From Oopsacas minuta (lineage: Eukaryota > Animalia > Porifera), in NCBI GenBank assembly GCA_024704765.1, contig JAKMXF010000006.1, forward strand, positions 62,795-126,794: a stretch of DNA of 64,000 nt, given 5' to 3'. The notes below the pieces were generated by a model. It saw only the letters and a list, made by a program, of their open reading frames with translations, was not told the DNA's origin and did not search any database. How positions within the stretch are numbered: the stretch's first letter is position 1; the number at the start of each line of letters is the position of its first letter. Below, piece after piece: positions 1 through 11,654 of the stretch. The position numbers and the translations under genes were made by a program.

Positions 1-1545
1 TCTACATTTGAATTAGCTTCTAACACTTCATCCAGTAGATCCACTACTGTGTCCACAACTCTTCAATATTTCCCTGACACAAGGAAATATCCTGGGGTCT
101 GACTACACCACGGCCCAAACTCCGTCACTGGTCCTACATGAGATATGTTACGTCCTATTTGTAACTCACCTATGGTGGTGAGCTAACCCTGCCTCTGGAA
201 ATCTATTCTTGTAAGGGATAAACTTAATTGGAAGTAATAGAGGAAAAATTTGAATCTACTAGATTATACAATATGGCAGATCAATAGTATTTCTATTTTA
301 TTATGCACTTGTTGCATACTTACTGTATATTTGATATATCAGTTTATCCATCGATATCTAGTTACCAATAATTATATTTGTATTTATGAAGGAATTGAGT
401 ATACTTTGTATACTATCCAGTTAATGAACAACCCTTGTAATTGTATGTAGTATTTGTAAATTCTGAGGTTACCATACGTCCCTTTGGTATTATGTCAAGA
501 TCTCATTATATATATAGGGCTGTAGGACATCATTCCTCACCACATTTAACTTTCCTGGAAATTTTACTGTTTCAATTAATTCTGTCAGTGTCCCAGATCA
601 TATCATTCTGACCATTCAGAGGGTGGAATAACTCGAAAGGAGGGAGAGTTGTCTGAGAAAACCAAATACGCCATTCATTAATCATATAGGAAGTTATCCA
701 CTTCTAATTTGCTACACGGCCTCGGAGACCCTTGCTAATTCCAGAAATAATGCCAGCATACCACCATGCAAGCAGAGGCGTAGCCTATAGACCCCAACCT
801 ATCATTTTCCATATACTGGTGGTCATCATACCGTTTTTACGGTTTATTGCAAAATATAGATAAGTGAGGATAATAGTTTCTACGAAAAATATGACGCTAA
901 CATAACATAATTTTCATGAATAATTGGAATTTTTACAATTTCGTAATACTAGCTATCGCTACAAATGCTGGCCAAACCACCATTTGGCTGGTCACTTGGG
1001 GTGTATTGTAGCCAAGTGCCTTCCAGGGCCTGCAGTAGCGCCTAATATTAAAGTCTGAAAGTATTCGTGGGCCTACAGAAGGCCCGCAGCCAAACCTGGC
1101 AGGGCCCTCGTATAAACTGTAGACTTGACTTTAAATTATATGCTCAGTAGTGAGCATGCTCTCAGTCCTTGTGAGCACAGGTACGTCGCCACGGGCGCAG
1201 TAGCGTAACGATCGGGGGCAATGGGGGCCCGTACCCCCCAGCGGCACATTCTGGGGGGCGGCATTTTGACATATTGGTCCACACAAATATGATAAATCTC
1301 ATGTGATCCCATGATAAGTTATATCCGTTCTAACCAGGGTTGTCTCTTTAAATTTTTAACCCACCCCTCTGGTTTAAACTATTGTTTAAACCGGTTAGAG
1401 GTCTTACTGAGGCAACTGACTTCACCCATGTGTTCGATAAGTTTGCGAGACTTAAAGCACGAAGATCAGGCTGTGAAGAAGAGCTACTAACGACCCGAAG
1501 CGGTAGTATTATTGTATTTTCGGTTAAAGGTTTCAAACATACAGA

Positions 1546-2834
1546 CAGGGTGACCCATAAATACTGTTACCAAGATATTCATATACCATAGTCTATTTTT
1601 ATGAATGTTACTAGTACTCGTTTGATGTTGTCTTACTCCAACATGCCTATATATTCATTCTACTTTAGATATTTTTGTATTTTGCCTACTTTTACCAATG
1701 GAGTCCAAAAGATCAGCTGTTATCCAACTTTTTGAAGCAGGAAACACCAAGAGCCAAATTGTTAGATTGCTCAAAACGAACAAAATGTTCATATCTCGCA
1801 CTCTGTCCCGTTACAATGATACAGGAAGCATTGCTGACAGAACTCGACCTGGCCGACCTCGAACTGTAAGGACATTTTCTGTGACCAAAAATGTTTCGCA
1901 GAGAATCCGCCGAAATCCATCCAGGAGCATCAGGAAGATGGCTAAGGAAATGAATACGAACAGGGAATCGATGCGTAGACTAGTTCGTAATGATCTAGGG
2001 ATGAAAGCATACAAGTTACGCAAACGTCAGTTCCTCACTCAGCTAAACAAACAAAAAAGGCTGAAAAGATGCAAAGCCAAGATATTCCGTTTCACTGATG
2101 GACGTCACAAACAAATTTTCTTCAGTGATGAGAAATTATTCACAGTAAACAGGTTATAAACAAACAAAACAACAGAATTCTCGCTACTGATAGGAATAGA
2201 CTAGCTCAGGCCACTTTTCGAGTTTCTAGGACCCAAAAGCCAGCTTCTGTGATGGTTTGGGCGGGGGTGATTTCAGATGGTCGGACACTGCTGATTTTTA
2301 TCCCCCATGGGGTGTTAATTAATCAGAAAATTTATCGTAACACAATTCTCGAAACTGTAGTAAAGCCATGAGCCAAAAATCACTTTGGTAATAGAGCACG
2401 GACCTTCCAATAGGATTCTGCTCATGCCCATAAGGCTAAAGACACACAGGCTTGGTGCAGCGCCAATTTTGTGGGGTTAATTTCATCCGAAGAATGGCCC
2501 CCGTGTTCGCCAGACCTCAATCCTCTTGACTTTTCAATCTGGTCGATATTGGAGGACAAGGTTAACTCGAAAAATATCAGAGTATTGAAGAGTTAAAGAG
2601 AACCTTGACTCGAGAAAGGGAAAGAATTCCTGAGGATCACCTACGTGCTATCATAGACTCGTTTATCAGACGTCTTAGGAGCTGTGTCAGTGCAAAGGGT
2701 GATATATTTGAATGATGAATTATTTATGCTTAGAGTATTTATCAAACAACGTATAGTGAAAATTTCAAAGCATTTACAACAATATTATGGTATTAGAGTA
2801 AAATCAATGAGTAACAGTATTTATGGGTCACCTG
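1546..2834 (+). mobile_element. Tc1/mariner superfamily, maT (DD37D) transposon, full length but decayed
   Basis: TIR CAGGGTGACCCATAAATACTGTTAC (1546-1570) pairs with GTAACAGTATTTATGGGTCACCTG (2811-2834), followed by TA. About 1.29 kb, enclosing a transposase reading frame. Confidence 0.85.
1698..2715 (+). pseudogene. DD37D (maT-type) transposase pseudogene
   Basis: HTH region (GRPRT), FSDEKLFT, VMVWAGV, FQ*DSAHAH, WPPCSPDLNPLDFSIW. 37 residues between the 2nd and 3rd Asp. Two frameshifts (about 2150 and 2575) and in-frame stops (KP*AK, FQ*D). Confidence 0.85.
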
Positions 2835-3096
2835 TATATGCGTAATCACATATTATGTAAACAATAACTAAACATGGTATCTAATGAACCAGGGCAGGGG
2901 CAAGGGAATTTTCAAACAACACCCTTCCCAGGAGTTGTTAAAGATAACTACTCATAATGTTACGTTTTAGGGGGCGGCGTTTAGAGCATGTGCCCCCAGC
3001 GGTACTAGACATCGTTACGCCACTACTAGAGGGATATGTCTAGACTGATGGCTACAACTAATCCTATTAAAGAATACTTTTTTGAAAATTTGTAGA

Positions 3097-3882
3097 CAAG
3101 AGATAGGTAGAATTGATTATGCGAGGAAGAAACAACCTCTAGTGAAGGCTTATAAGAAAGGAACTGGAAATGAACTTAAATTTACATAGGGTGTTATAAT
3201 AGATTATCAAACAGGAAATATTTATAAAGCAGATCTATCTAATGACTGTGTTAAGGTATTTGACAGTACTTCTAAATATTTGTTTAAATTTGGAGATGGC
3301 ATGACGAAAGAAAGATATACAGACCAATAGGTTTAGTTATTTATAGAAATAGAATTCTTATTTCTCATGGTAATTATTTTATACTAAACTATCAGCTAGA
3401 TGGAGAGTTTATTTCCCAAATTGGTAAGTATGGAAATGGAGAATTAGAGTTTAATGATCCTTGAGGTCTAGCAATCGATGAATATAATGAAGATGTTTAC
3501 TTTGTGATCATCTTAACTTCAAATACTTCTTGGTAAAGATATTTCAAAATGCCTTTGGACATTATAATCAATAAAGAGAATATTATTATTCTGGCTCAAT
3601 CAAATCCTTGTTAATCACATTTTCAACAAAGATCTAGTTCTACAGAAGAGTATCATTTCTATAGGAGAAGGACAACAAGTGATTCCCTGTTTATTCTTTA
3701 TAGACAACTCTGATAATATTCTAATCTCAGATACTGGTTCAGATTATATCCTTATTTTCAGTTCTAAATTCGTATTTGTCCACAAAATCTATATTTTTAA
3801 ACAAATAGGAATTACAGTAGATGATAAAGATAGAATTATTGTTGTGAGTTATGCTAGAGAGAATTGTTTACAGATTTTCTAA
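3097..3882 (+). pseudogene. NHL-repeat (TRIM71/wech-like beta-propeller) protein pseudogene
   Basis: Reconstructed fragments IYKADLSNDCVKVFD, PIGLVIYRNRILISHGN, IGKYGNGELEFNDP*GLAIDE, FFIDNSDNILISD, IGITVDDKDRIIVVS...CLQIF*. Several stops and frameshifts. Confidence 0.8.
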
Positions 3883-3928
3883 GTCTATTAATTATTTACT
3901 AATTTGAATTGTCAAATTTTCTTTTGTA

Positions 3929-3976
3929 CGAGCTTTGACTCGTTGCTTAGAAATTATCTTCGCTCCGTTCCTCAAG
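3929..3976 (-). repeat. Isolated 3' end of the Helitron-like CTCG family
   Basis: Reverse complement reads cttgagg...gcaacgagtcaaagctcg|t, matching the 3' end of the copies at 5733-6196 and 26827-27288. Confidence 0.45.
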
Positions 3977-5732
3977 TTTTCCCATGCGTAGGGAGACTAT
4001 GAAAAGAGGGTCAGCTATAGTTTGCATGGTAATATAAAGTGGTGCGGCCATACATATGTCAATGTATCTTTGTGATTGCAAAAGTCAAAATACCCCACTG
4101 AAAATTAACAGCAATTCTGTATACCATATTTCCTTGAATAGTAACTGGTGCGATTTTGGGCGAAGTTACTATTGAAAGAAATACGGTTGATATTATGAGG
4201 CTGGGTAGAACTCGGATAATACGTACCCCTTGGGAAACAAATTAGTAAGTACAAACTGAAGTACATCCGAATATTTTCCCTGTAAAGTTAGTTCAAGAAT
4301 GCATAATCAGTTTCAGAGAAAAGTACGTACAATAGAATACTAATTTAGTGAGTTCTACTGTAGATTTGACGTACTAGTATCCATGGTTCAGGGAATACAG
4401 TTAGTCGCTCCTGCTCCGAAAAAGGAACTATACATTGATTACATTCGGGAAATTACTAAATGTGCAATGTCAACCATTTCCATAAATTGTGGATTATATA
4501 TAAGCATCCACTTTGCATAGCAAAATACTGAATTTTATAAAGAATAACAATGAAATTTGTAAATTGGATTTTATTATAATATAGTAATTCGAGGTACTAA
4601 TTACTGAGAACAGTGCGAACACAAAGTATTTGCAAGCTTCGCAGCGCGAACAAGCGAAACGTGCTCGTTTACTTGAAATCTATGCAATAAGAATCGAGTA
4701 TCTGGCTCCTTAAAACAGAAATATTTTCAATATATTTAGTTAGATATACACTGGTGACATAAATCTCGTGACTAAGTGTAAATAAAGTAATTATAAGGTA
4801 GTCCCGCCCCAAGGGGCAGACCCAGGCATGAGGCCCTAAGGTGCGGCCCATTCTGCCCCCTGTTCTTTGGCACCCATGTTGACTATTGCACTAATTTACC
4901 AGGATATGCATGTATTATTTTTGTCCTTTATTCAGGCTTGGGACTATCGCTCAATAAATCGTATGTTTTTCTCGCATTAGGCCCTAGAATCTGCTTACCA
5001 ACATACTAGTATGTGTAGTGAATTTCAGATAATTCCAAGCGTGAAAAATGTTTGCTATGGCGTTTGATTGAAATTTTGTATTAATTTTACAGATATATCG
5101 TCCTATTTTAGTCAATTGCGAGGACTGGAGATAATCTTTTGTGCAGATAGCCAAAATGTGGGTAAGTTGCAACATACGTATAAATGCAGCAGTGTAGCAG
5201 CAATCCTACAGTGTTTTAATTTCTATTGGGAATTGTTGTGACATACAATTTGTATACACACAACAAATCATGGGTGAAAACGAAATATATATTTATTGTG
5301 TCTGTGTTAATGGCAATTTAATGGGAATACTATTTATCTGGGTGGATTATTGTCAATGAGCCAGCATTGCTAAAATGGTCTATAGCACTCAGGGCTCGTT
5401 TGGAGTCAATAAATTAGATCTAATAACTTTACCTACTGAGAAACTTGATTCCTAAACAATTTTTGCATATAGTCTCAAAATTATCGCTAATGATGCGAAT
5501 GGCCAACTAACACTCGTGCAAAGTTCCAGTTTCACATGGATCCTTTGAAGTGAAGTGCAACTGTTAGCAATTGACAAATCCATATATTTGCTATTTTTTT
5601 TAGATTTCCTTGGAATTGGTAAATGGAAGTATTCCAATTAGAGGAAATTATGCAAATCTGAGAAGATATTTTTCCCTTATTATAAATTAGCTGATTACCG
5701 CACAGGTTTAATCAAGTCTTCTAAATCTATTA

Positions 5733-6196
5733 TCTATACTATTAAATCTCAATTGTTGTCTGTTTGTTTGTCCGTTGTCAAGGAAAGAATTTACGTTATA
5801 CAATTTTGAAATTATCACATAACTATGTATTTATCGTATTTATCAAGGAAGTAAAGAGAATTCGATAAAACTTTACCAAATATATCGAACATGATGAATC
5901 CGATTTTCATACTTTTGGATTATCTTATATAAATTTATTGTTGTTTTTATCAATTAAAGTAAACAAATTGTCCAAATCTCAAATTACACACACATGCTTG
6001 CTCTAAACGTCTACAAAAGGGGTTGATCTTACAAAATAATTAAATAATATATATGCCATCTACGTATATTTGTGAATTACATTGTTCTAAATATATCTAT
6101 ATCATAATACACAATGGGGCCGTCAATTTGGAGAATAATGGATACCTCGAGGCGCAATGCCCCGAGTTCATCGCGAAGCGAAGAGCCAAAAGCTCG
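5733..6196 (+). mobile_element. Non-autonomous Helitron-like element (family H, complete copy)
   Basis: Inserted between A and T with no TSD. 5' TCTATACTATTAAATCTC followed by a (GTTT)n/GTCT tract; 3' hairpins ending GCTCG|T. Homologous copies at 11135-11357, 11655-11757 and 26827-27288. Confidence 0.65.
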
Positions 6197-6342
6197 TTCA
6201 GTTACAATTGATTAGAAATTACAAACAAAAATCTCTCTTTGACCTTCAATGATGGTATTACTCCAAAACAACTCGCAGCATATCCTAAACACATATCTTT
6301 CAACCCTCAGTATTTCCGACTGTTTGCCTTTGGACAGTTCAG

Positions 6343-7025
6343 CAGAGATGGAACCGGTCAGCTTTTTCATGACCCGACCCGACCAGCCGGTCGACCGGTC
6401 GACTGGTAACTTTGACTATACACTGCCTGGCCAAGAGTATTGGAACACCCTGCCACTTGTGACACAAGTGGCACACGGCGAGAATATGTTGAATATTCTA
6501 TGGATATAGCAGAAAGTAGAAAATCTGTTTTGCTCAAGGTTGATGAATTAATATTTATTCAAAAATGTATTAAATAATTCTCAATAATTTGTCTATAACT
6601 AATGTGGCATTTATATTGGTGCCATGTGCTAATTGTGGCCCTGGCGTTCGAATACTTTTGGCCAGGCAGTATATAATAGATGATTATACACATAAATCCT
6701 ATTAAATACAGAAATGTAGAAAAGATAGAAATATTGAAATGTAAACTAATAAAGAAATTTTGAATATATAGAATATGTAAGGAATTTTACGGCTAAAGTC
6801 CGTTTAACGCTGCCTCCTTTAGCACAACTAGACTTTCAACGGTAGATCCGGCCAAATTACTCCTCTTAGAGTCCAGGGTAGCACCACCAATACTCAAATG
6901 GCGTTCGCTTATTTTGGTAAATTTGATTACGATATCAAATTCAGATTTACCATATTCAGAAATTATGACCGGCCGGTCGAAATCTTCGACCGGTACCCGA
7001 CTCGACCCGACCAGTTCCATCTCTG
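6343..7025. mobile_element. hAT-type MITE with perfect 8-bp TSD
   Basis: TIR CAGAGATGGAAC / GTTCCATCTCTG, flanked on both sides by CAGTTCAG. Subterminal gacccgacc/gaccgg repeats. Confidence 0.8.
6421..6671. mobile_element. Tc1-like MITE nested in the hAT MITE
   Basis: TA|CACTGCCTGGCCAAGAGTATTGGAAC ... GTTCGAATACTTTTGGCCAGGCAGTA|TA. Second copy at about 21838-22069. Confidence 0.75.
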
Positions 7026-7604
7026 CAGTTCAGTAATGAAGCAATCTACAAATAATGTGAGAATATCTTTCGCTATCAAAATTATTCTCATTGTTGGCTG
7101 AAATGAAGACGATCTGGTCAAATGAAACCTCTTTACATCACCATGATTCCTGGATTTTGCTGCAATACACAGGAGCAAACTTTAGGCTTTTTTCATTTTA
7201 TGAATTAACTCTGCGAATATCAGTAATAGGTAAGCGATTCAGGATTACTGAAATTCGTTTGCTACCAAGTACCAACTGTAAACTATCTCCCAAATCCAGT
7301 GGCGAGGCTAGGACCACACGAAGTTGCCGTAATGCCGCATCTGTAATATATTTTTATGTAAATTTTGGTGGGCACAATAAAATTTGTTAGGGAATGTGCC
7401 GCATGTGCCGTATCTACCATTCATTCAGATTCCACCATAATTTCCTTTTCCTTTAGATTCCACTAGTTTCTACCATTCAGTCAACTTCCTATATATTTCC
7501 TTAATATATGGGCTGTGTTCTGCAATCTTGGTCTAGTATGTTCGTAGTCTTAAAGTTTGTACAGGTCATTTGAGGCAAATATTGAAATGGTACAATGTTC
7601 CAAT

Positions 7605-7769
7605 CAGTGTTTCCCCCAAAGCGCGTTAAGCGGGTCAATTAACGCGCTTAGAGTATCTAGCAGCGTTAAAATAAAGACTCCATGCATTGGGCTTAGTATG
7701 CGTATATGTGACAGAGGCCCCACATAATGATATCATTAGCGCTTTCCCAATCTTCAGTGGGAAACACTG
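7605..7769. mobile_element. hAT-type MITE
   Basis: TIR CAGTGTTTCCC / GGGAAACACTG; flanks gttccaat / gttccaac (7 of 8 match, TSD). Confidence 0.75.
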
Positions 7770-8069
7770 GTTCCAACACACCCCATGTCATCCCTATGCC
7801 TTACATAGTCATAACGAAACAGAAATATATACTGATTAAACAGTCAAACTCAACATTGTACCCCTATTTAGATATCAGTATAATCAATAACATCGCTACA
7901 AAGTGAATATTCTACAAATTCAATAGCATATTTAGACTTCAGAGTAATGTCTTGCTTATTGAGCTATATATTTGAGCCTAAATTGGTTTGAGCTCATAAA
8001 CTTATCTAGTGCTTGAGAAATACAAATTCAGCGGTGAATAATAAATCCATCTGTTTAAATTCACAGTAA

Positions 8070-9146
8070 TTACTGGCAATTCCAGTTTCCAATTCCGTAT
8101 AAAGCGTTTACCAGCGTTCCCATCATAACAGTATCGGATGGTGCTTGGAAGTCAAACACCATCAAACCCTCATAGCCATTATCTTTTATCCATTGGACAT
8201 CTTTCTCTGGGTTGGGAGAAATTTGCCCAAACCAAAACCCAAGTGACAACCTGTCTTTACCCATACCCTTATCAACATATTGAGGAAGTCTGAATATAGG
8301 ATTTCCACCGTAAGTCATTTCCCAACCATAATCTAACGTATCAGAAAGTTTTTTTCCTTTATAAATGGTGTCAAAATTATGTATATCATTAAACAGAGCT
8401 TTTGAGATAATTTTATCTGGCATTAACTGCTGCATTATTGACGTTACCATAACAAGAGATGTCTGGTTTGGAATTCCAATGCTATATTCATCATCAATAT
8501 CGATACCATCCAATCCATATTTATCTACTATGTCTGTCTTTAAATAGTTAACAAAAGCCGTCGCTACAATTTCTGATGTAAATTGAGACCAACCTACTGC
8601 TGAATGACCATTCAGAATAGTCAGCAATACTGTAATGCCCTTATCCTGTAGAGCCTTAACAACCCCGCTATCAAGAACTTCCTGAATATTTGGATTAAAC
8701 TGATTTAACGTGGGTGGATTGTTATTGTTTGCCCTTAGAGAAGGCAGTTCATTTGTACAATAATTACCTCCAAAGATACAAACCACATCAACAGCCGGGC
8801 TTCCATCGGCAAGAGTATAAGAAGCAATATTTAGAAATTGTTGAGAATCATCTGGAGTAGTATACGCGACTGTCATATGATTCTTATTGTAGGCATCACA
8901 TTGAGGTGCGACACCATACCAAGGTATTCCACTGAAAAACACGGCATCACCTGGGTTAAACATCCTCAGTTGTCCTTGGTTGTTAATTACTATATATTGA
9001 CGACAGAGAAAAAAGAAAGTGATGTTAGGGTTCTTGATGGCAATTCGTTTTGCTTTCACTGGTGTACAATTCCGAACTGTCTTGATGAGATTATCCCAAT
9101 TAGCTCCTCCGTACATTGCAACATTAGTTGATTTTATCCAACCCAT
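8070..9146 (-). CDS. GH18 endo-beta-N-acetylglucosaminidase, Endo H/Endo F1-like, with an about 90-aa N-terminal extra domain; intronless, 358 aa, no signal peptide
   Basis: Catalytic motif KYGLDGIDIDDEY (DxxDxDxE). Collinear Endo H-like blocks, recalled from memory of Streptomyces Endo H: YTLADG..AVDVVCIFGGN, FNPNIQEVLD, LQDKGITVLLTILNGH, PNQTS, MPDKIIS, DYGW, ALYG. Open ATG to TAA. Confidence 0.9.
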   Translation of the reverse strand: MGWIKSTNVAMYGGANWDNLIKTVRNCTPVKAKRIAIKNPNITFFFLCRQYIVINNQGQLRMFNPGDAVFFSGIPWYGVAPQCDAYNKNHMTVAYTTPDDSQQFLNIASYTLADGSPAVDVVCIFGGNYCTNELPSLRANNNNPPTLNQFNPNIQEVLDSGVVKALQDKGITVLLTILNGHSAVGWSQFTSEIVATAFVNYLKTDIVDKYGLDGIDIDDEYSIGIPNQTSLVMVTSIMQQLMPDKIISKALFNDIHNFDTIYKGKKLSDTLDYGWEMTYGGNPIFRLPQYVDKGMGKDRLSLGFWFGQISPNPEKDVQWIKDNGYEGLMVFDFQAPSDTVMMGTLVNALYGIGNWNCQ

Positions 9147-9156
9147 AGTATACCCA

Positions 9157-9162
9157 CTCCTT
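9157..9162 (-). promoter_or_regulatory. Shine-Dalgarno-like AAGGAG upstream of the GH18 start codon
   Basis: Minus strand reads cacataattaAAGGAGtgggtatactATG, a 10-nt spacer. Confidence 0.55.
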
Positions 9163-10424
9163 TAATTATGTGTTGTTACCACCTGAGTTACCTAACCATA
9201 TGTAAAAGGAAAAAATAATATTGCATTGAATACAGTGCATTAATTTACAACCGTCTCTTCAACATAATGTTATTATCACATATTGCACTTCTTACCAATA
9301 CCTAGCAGTTATTTGCTGTATAAGGCTGTTTGTTTATACGTATGTTTTTTTTCTTAGAATAAACTCCTGGTGTAACAAACCTGGTGTCGTTATAGTGGTG
9401 AATGTTATATTCAGAGAGTATATGCCTCTCTGGAGCTCTGTCAAGGACCAGACCAGTATTGGGAACGATTGCGAGTGTATGTATTAAATATGTAAGGTTT
9501 GCCGCAACTATAGTTTTTTAATGAAGGAATCACTTTAATAACTCAATAGAGAGTTATTCTACATTGATTTTATTTTTATAGCATATTAGAGATAACTTGT
9601 GATACATTAGCATCAATCAACCGTTTTTGTGGGAAACCTCCAATTATGTATTTTATTACATTTACAGAGACTATTAGACTATGTAAATGATGTTAAAAAT
9701 GTGGAGTTGTATCTAAAATACTTTATGAAATTGTGACAGATCATGAAATCTAATTGAAACCCCGTGTTATAAGGGGACAGTCAACGAAAGAATGCTTGTT
9801 TTATTGATCACGTTATTCATTATATCATGATTTATCGTCAGTTAATCTTAGTACTCTGGCTCTATATTGCATAATTTCTGGCCCCATTTACATCAAAGGG
9901 GAATTTCTCCTATTTATGTCAGACTTTGTCATCTTATATACTTGCAAGTTGCAATTATCTTTATTTTTTGTATTTGCTATACCAATTGCATTATTAACAG
10001 ATATACAGCTTCTAGATTACGTATTCAATATATTCACTTAAGTAAGTCGGTGATGAAAGATGCGAATGTGGTGATGAAACGTTCATTCTCCTGGACAACT
10101 CGCCATATCTCCAAATCATGACAACTAATCTAGAATTCAAAGAGACAATAAGTCACCAAACCATGAGGTCACCATACCGTATGATATTAAGTTTTTAACA
10201 ATGAAATGTTTGTGTTAAGTTATCTTGATGCATTCATGTATTTAATGTCTCAGGAGAGAAGTGACGTTCCTTAACTTTCCATACGAGCATTGTTCTTCTG
10301 TTTGGATGCACACAATAACTTTATCATTTGAACCAAATGTCGAACAAAATCGAAGTATTTTCTCTAGAAGGATCCTCCTATATAATAAGATAAGAGTAAA
10401 CGTGAAACTGGAATCAGTTACAAA

Positions 10425-11107
10425 TAGGGGTTACAATCCCGGGATTTCTGGATTGAAATTTACCTAATCCCGGGATTTTTCGGGATTGTATCTTACGTAC
10501 CAAATTTTGTGAATGTCAATTTGGGAAGTTTAGAGAAGAAAAATATGTCTGATGGCTCGACTTGAGATGAACATGTAATCCTTTGGTTGGCCCACCATCA
10601 CATCACACTTTAATACTTTTTACATAATTTGCATTGCGCAAATTTGCCACATAAAGATCAAAGAAAATGTTTCAAGATTTCAGCACCAACAAAATCTTGA
10701 AAAATAGGTGATGTAGTTTCTGCCATAATAATTTAAGAGAGAATGCGAGTATCTAACATTTGATTATTGGAGAAAACCTATTTATAGATTAATGACACTA
10801 GTACTTGTAATCATCGTATTTTCTTGTTGTTATTTAGGACTGAATATTGGAATACATACAATTCGTGTCATGATTATTGATTTAAATAAGACTATGTATT
10901 TGTAAGTTACCATCGTAAATAGAATATTGATTCCAGGTAGTGTTATTATACAATAGATAAATTATTAGGAAATTGCTATTGTTAAACATAGAGTAAGATA
11001 GAGATAACACAAAAATTTCGGTATCCCGGGATTGCAAGACTGGATTCGGGATTTGAGAAACAATCCCGGAATGAACACACATCGGGATCCCGGGATTGTA
11101 ACCCCTA
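10425..11107. mobile_element. hAT-like MITE
   Basis: Perfect 21-bp TIR TAGGGGTTACAATCCCGGGAT / ATCCCGGGATTGTAACCCCTA with repeated ATCCCGGGAT subterminal motifs. Flanks gttacaaa / (ga)cttacaaa resemble an 8-bp TSD. Confidence 0.7.
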
Positions 11108-11134
11108 GACTTACAAACCTCAAGCAGTGCTTTA

Positions 11135-11357
11135 TATTCATAAAAACGATAAATTTACATATGATTAATCCAAAAGTGTGAAAATCGGATTCAGCATGTT
11201 CGATATATTTAGTAAAGTTTATTGAATTCTTTACTTCCTTGATAAACACGATAAATACATAGTTATCAACATTTTCATAATTGCATACCGTAGATCCTTT
11301 CCTTGACAACGGACAAACAAACAAACAAACAAACAGACAACAATTGAGATTTAAGCA
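11135..11357 (-). mobile_element. Helitron-like family H, 5' partial copy
   Basis: Reverse complement matches the 5' half of 5733-6196, including the (CAAA)n tract at about 11313-11340. Confidence 0.6.
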
Positions 11358-11654
11358 TAAGCTATTTGTAAGCCGTATTATGGGCATTCAGATAATCAAA
11401 TTAGTCTACATTTGTGTATGGCAAGCAAATTAACCAAATCTTAAAATATAGGTACAGCCTTGCTCTAAACGGCTACCCAGTGGTAAGTAAGTACGCTGAA
11501 TCCGAATTTCGCATTTTAAGTTTCTCATCTGTAAATCTATTGTTGTTTTTATGAATATAAAGTAAACAAATTTCAAAATTGTTATAGAATCATACTTTCA
11601 ATGACTGTACTGGTATACTCGAGTATGCTGAGTCTGAATATTGTAAACAACATT

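Larger units (their letters stand above)
1198..3025. mobile_element. Non-autonomous TIR element (CAGTRGCGTA-type MITE) interrupted by the maT transposon
   Basis: Left end CAGTAGCGTAACGAT (1198) is near-complementary to right end ATCGTTACGCCACTA (3011-3025). GC-rich subterminal motifs (cccccagcgg, ggggggcggc) occur at both ends. No TSD seen. Confidence 0.45.

Noticed and set aside
1-240. Minus-strand reading with few stops (…GPVTEFGPWCSQTPGYFLVSG…)
   Set aside because: No recognisable motif; two stops; truncated by the window edge.
7000-10400. Bacterial operon or larger bacterial insert around the GH18 gene
   Set aside because: Neighbouring ORFs are short and featureless and host MITEs flank the gene; no second bacterial-like gene seen.
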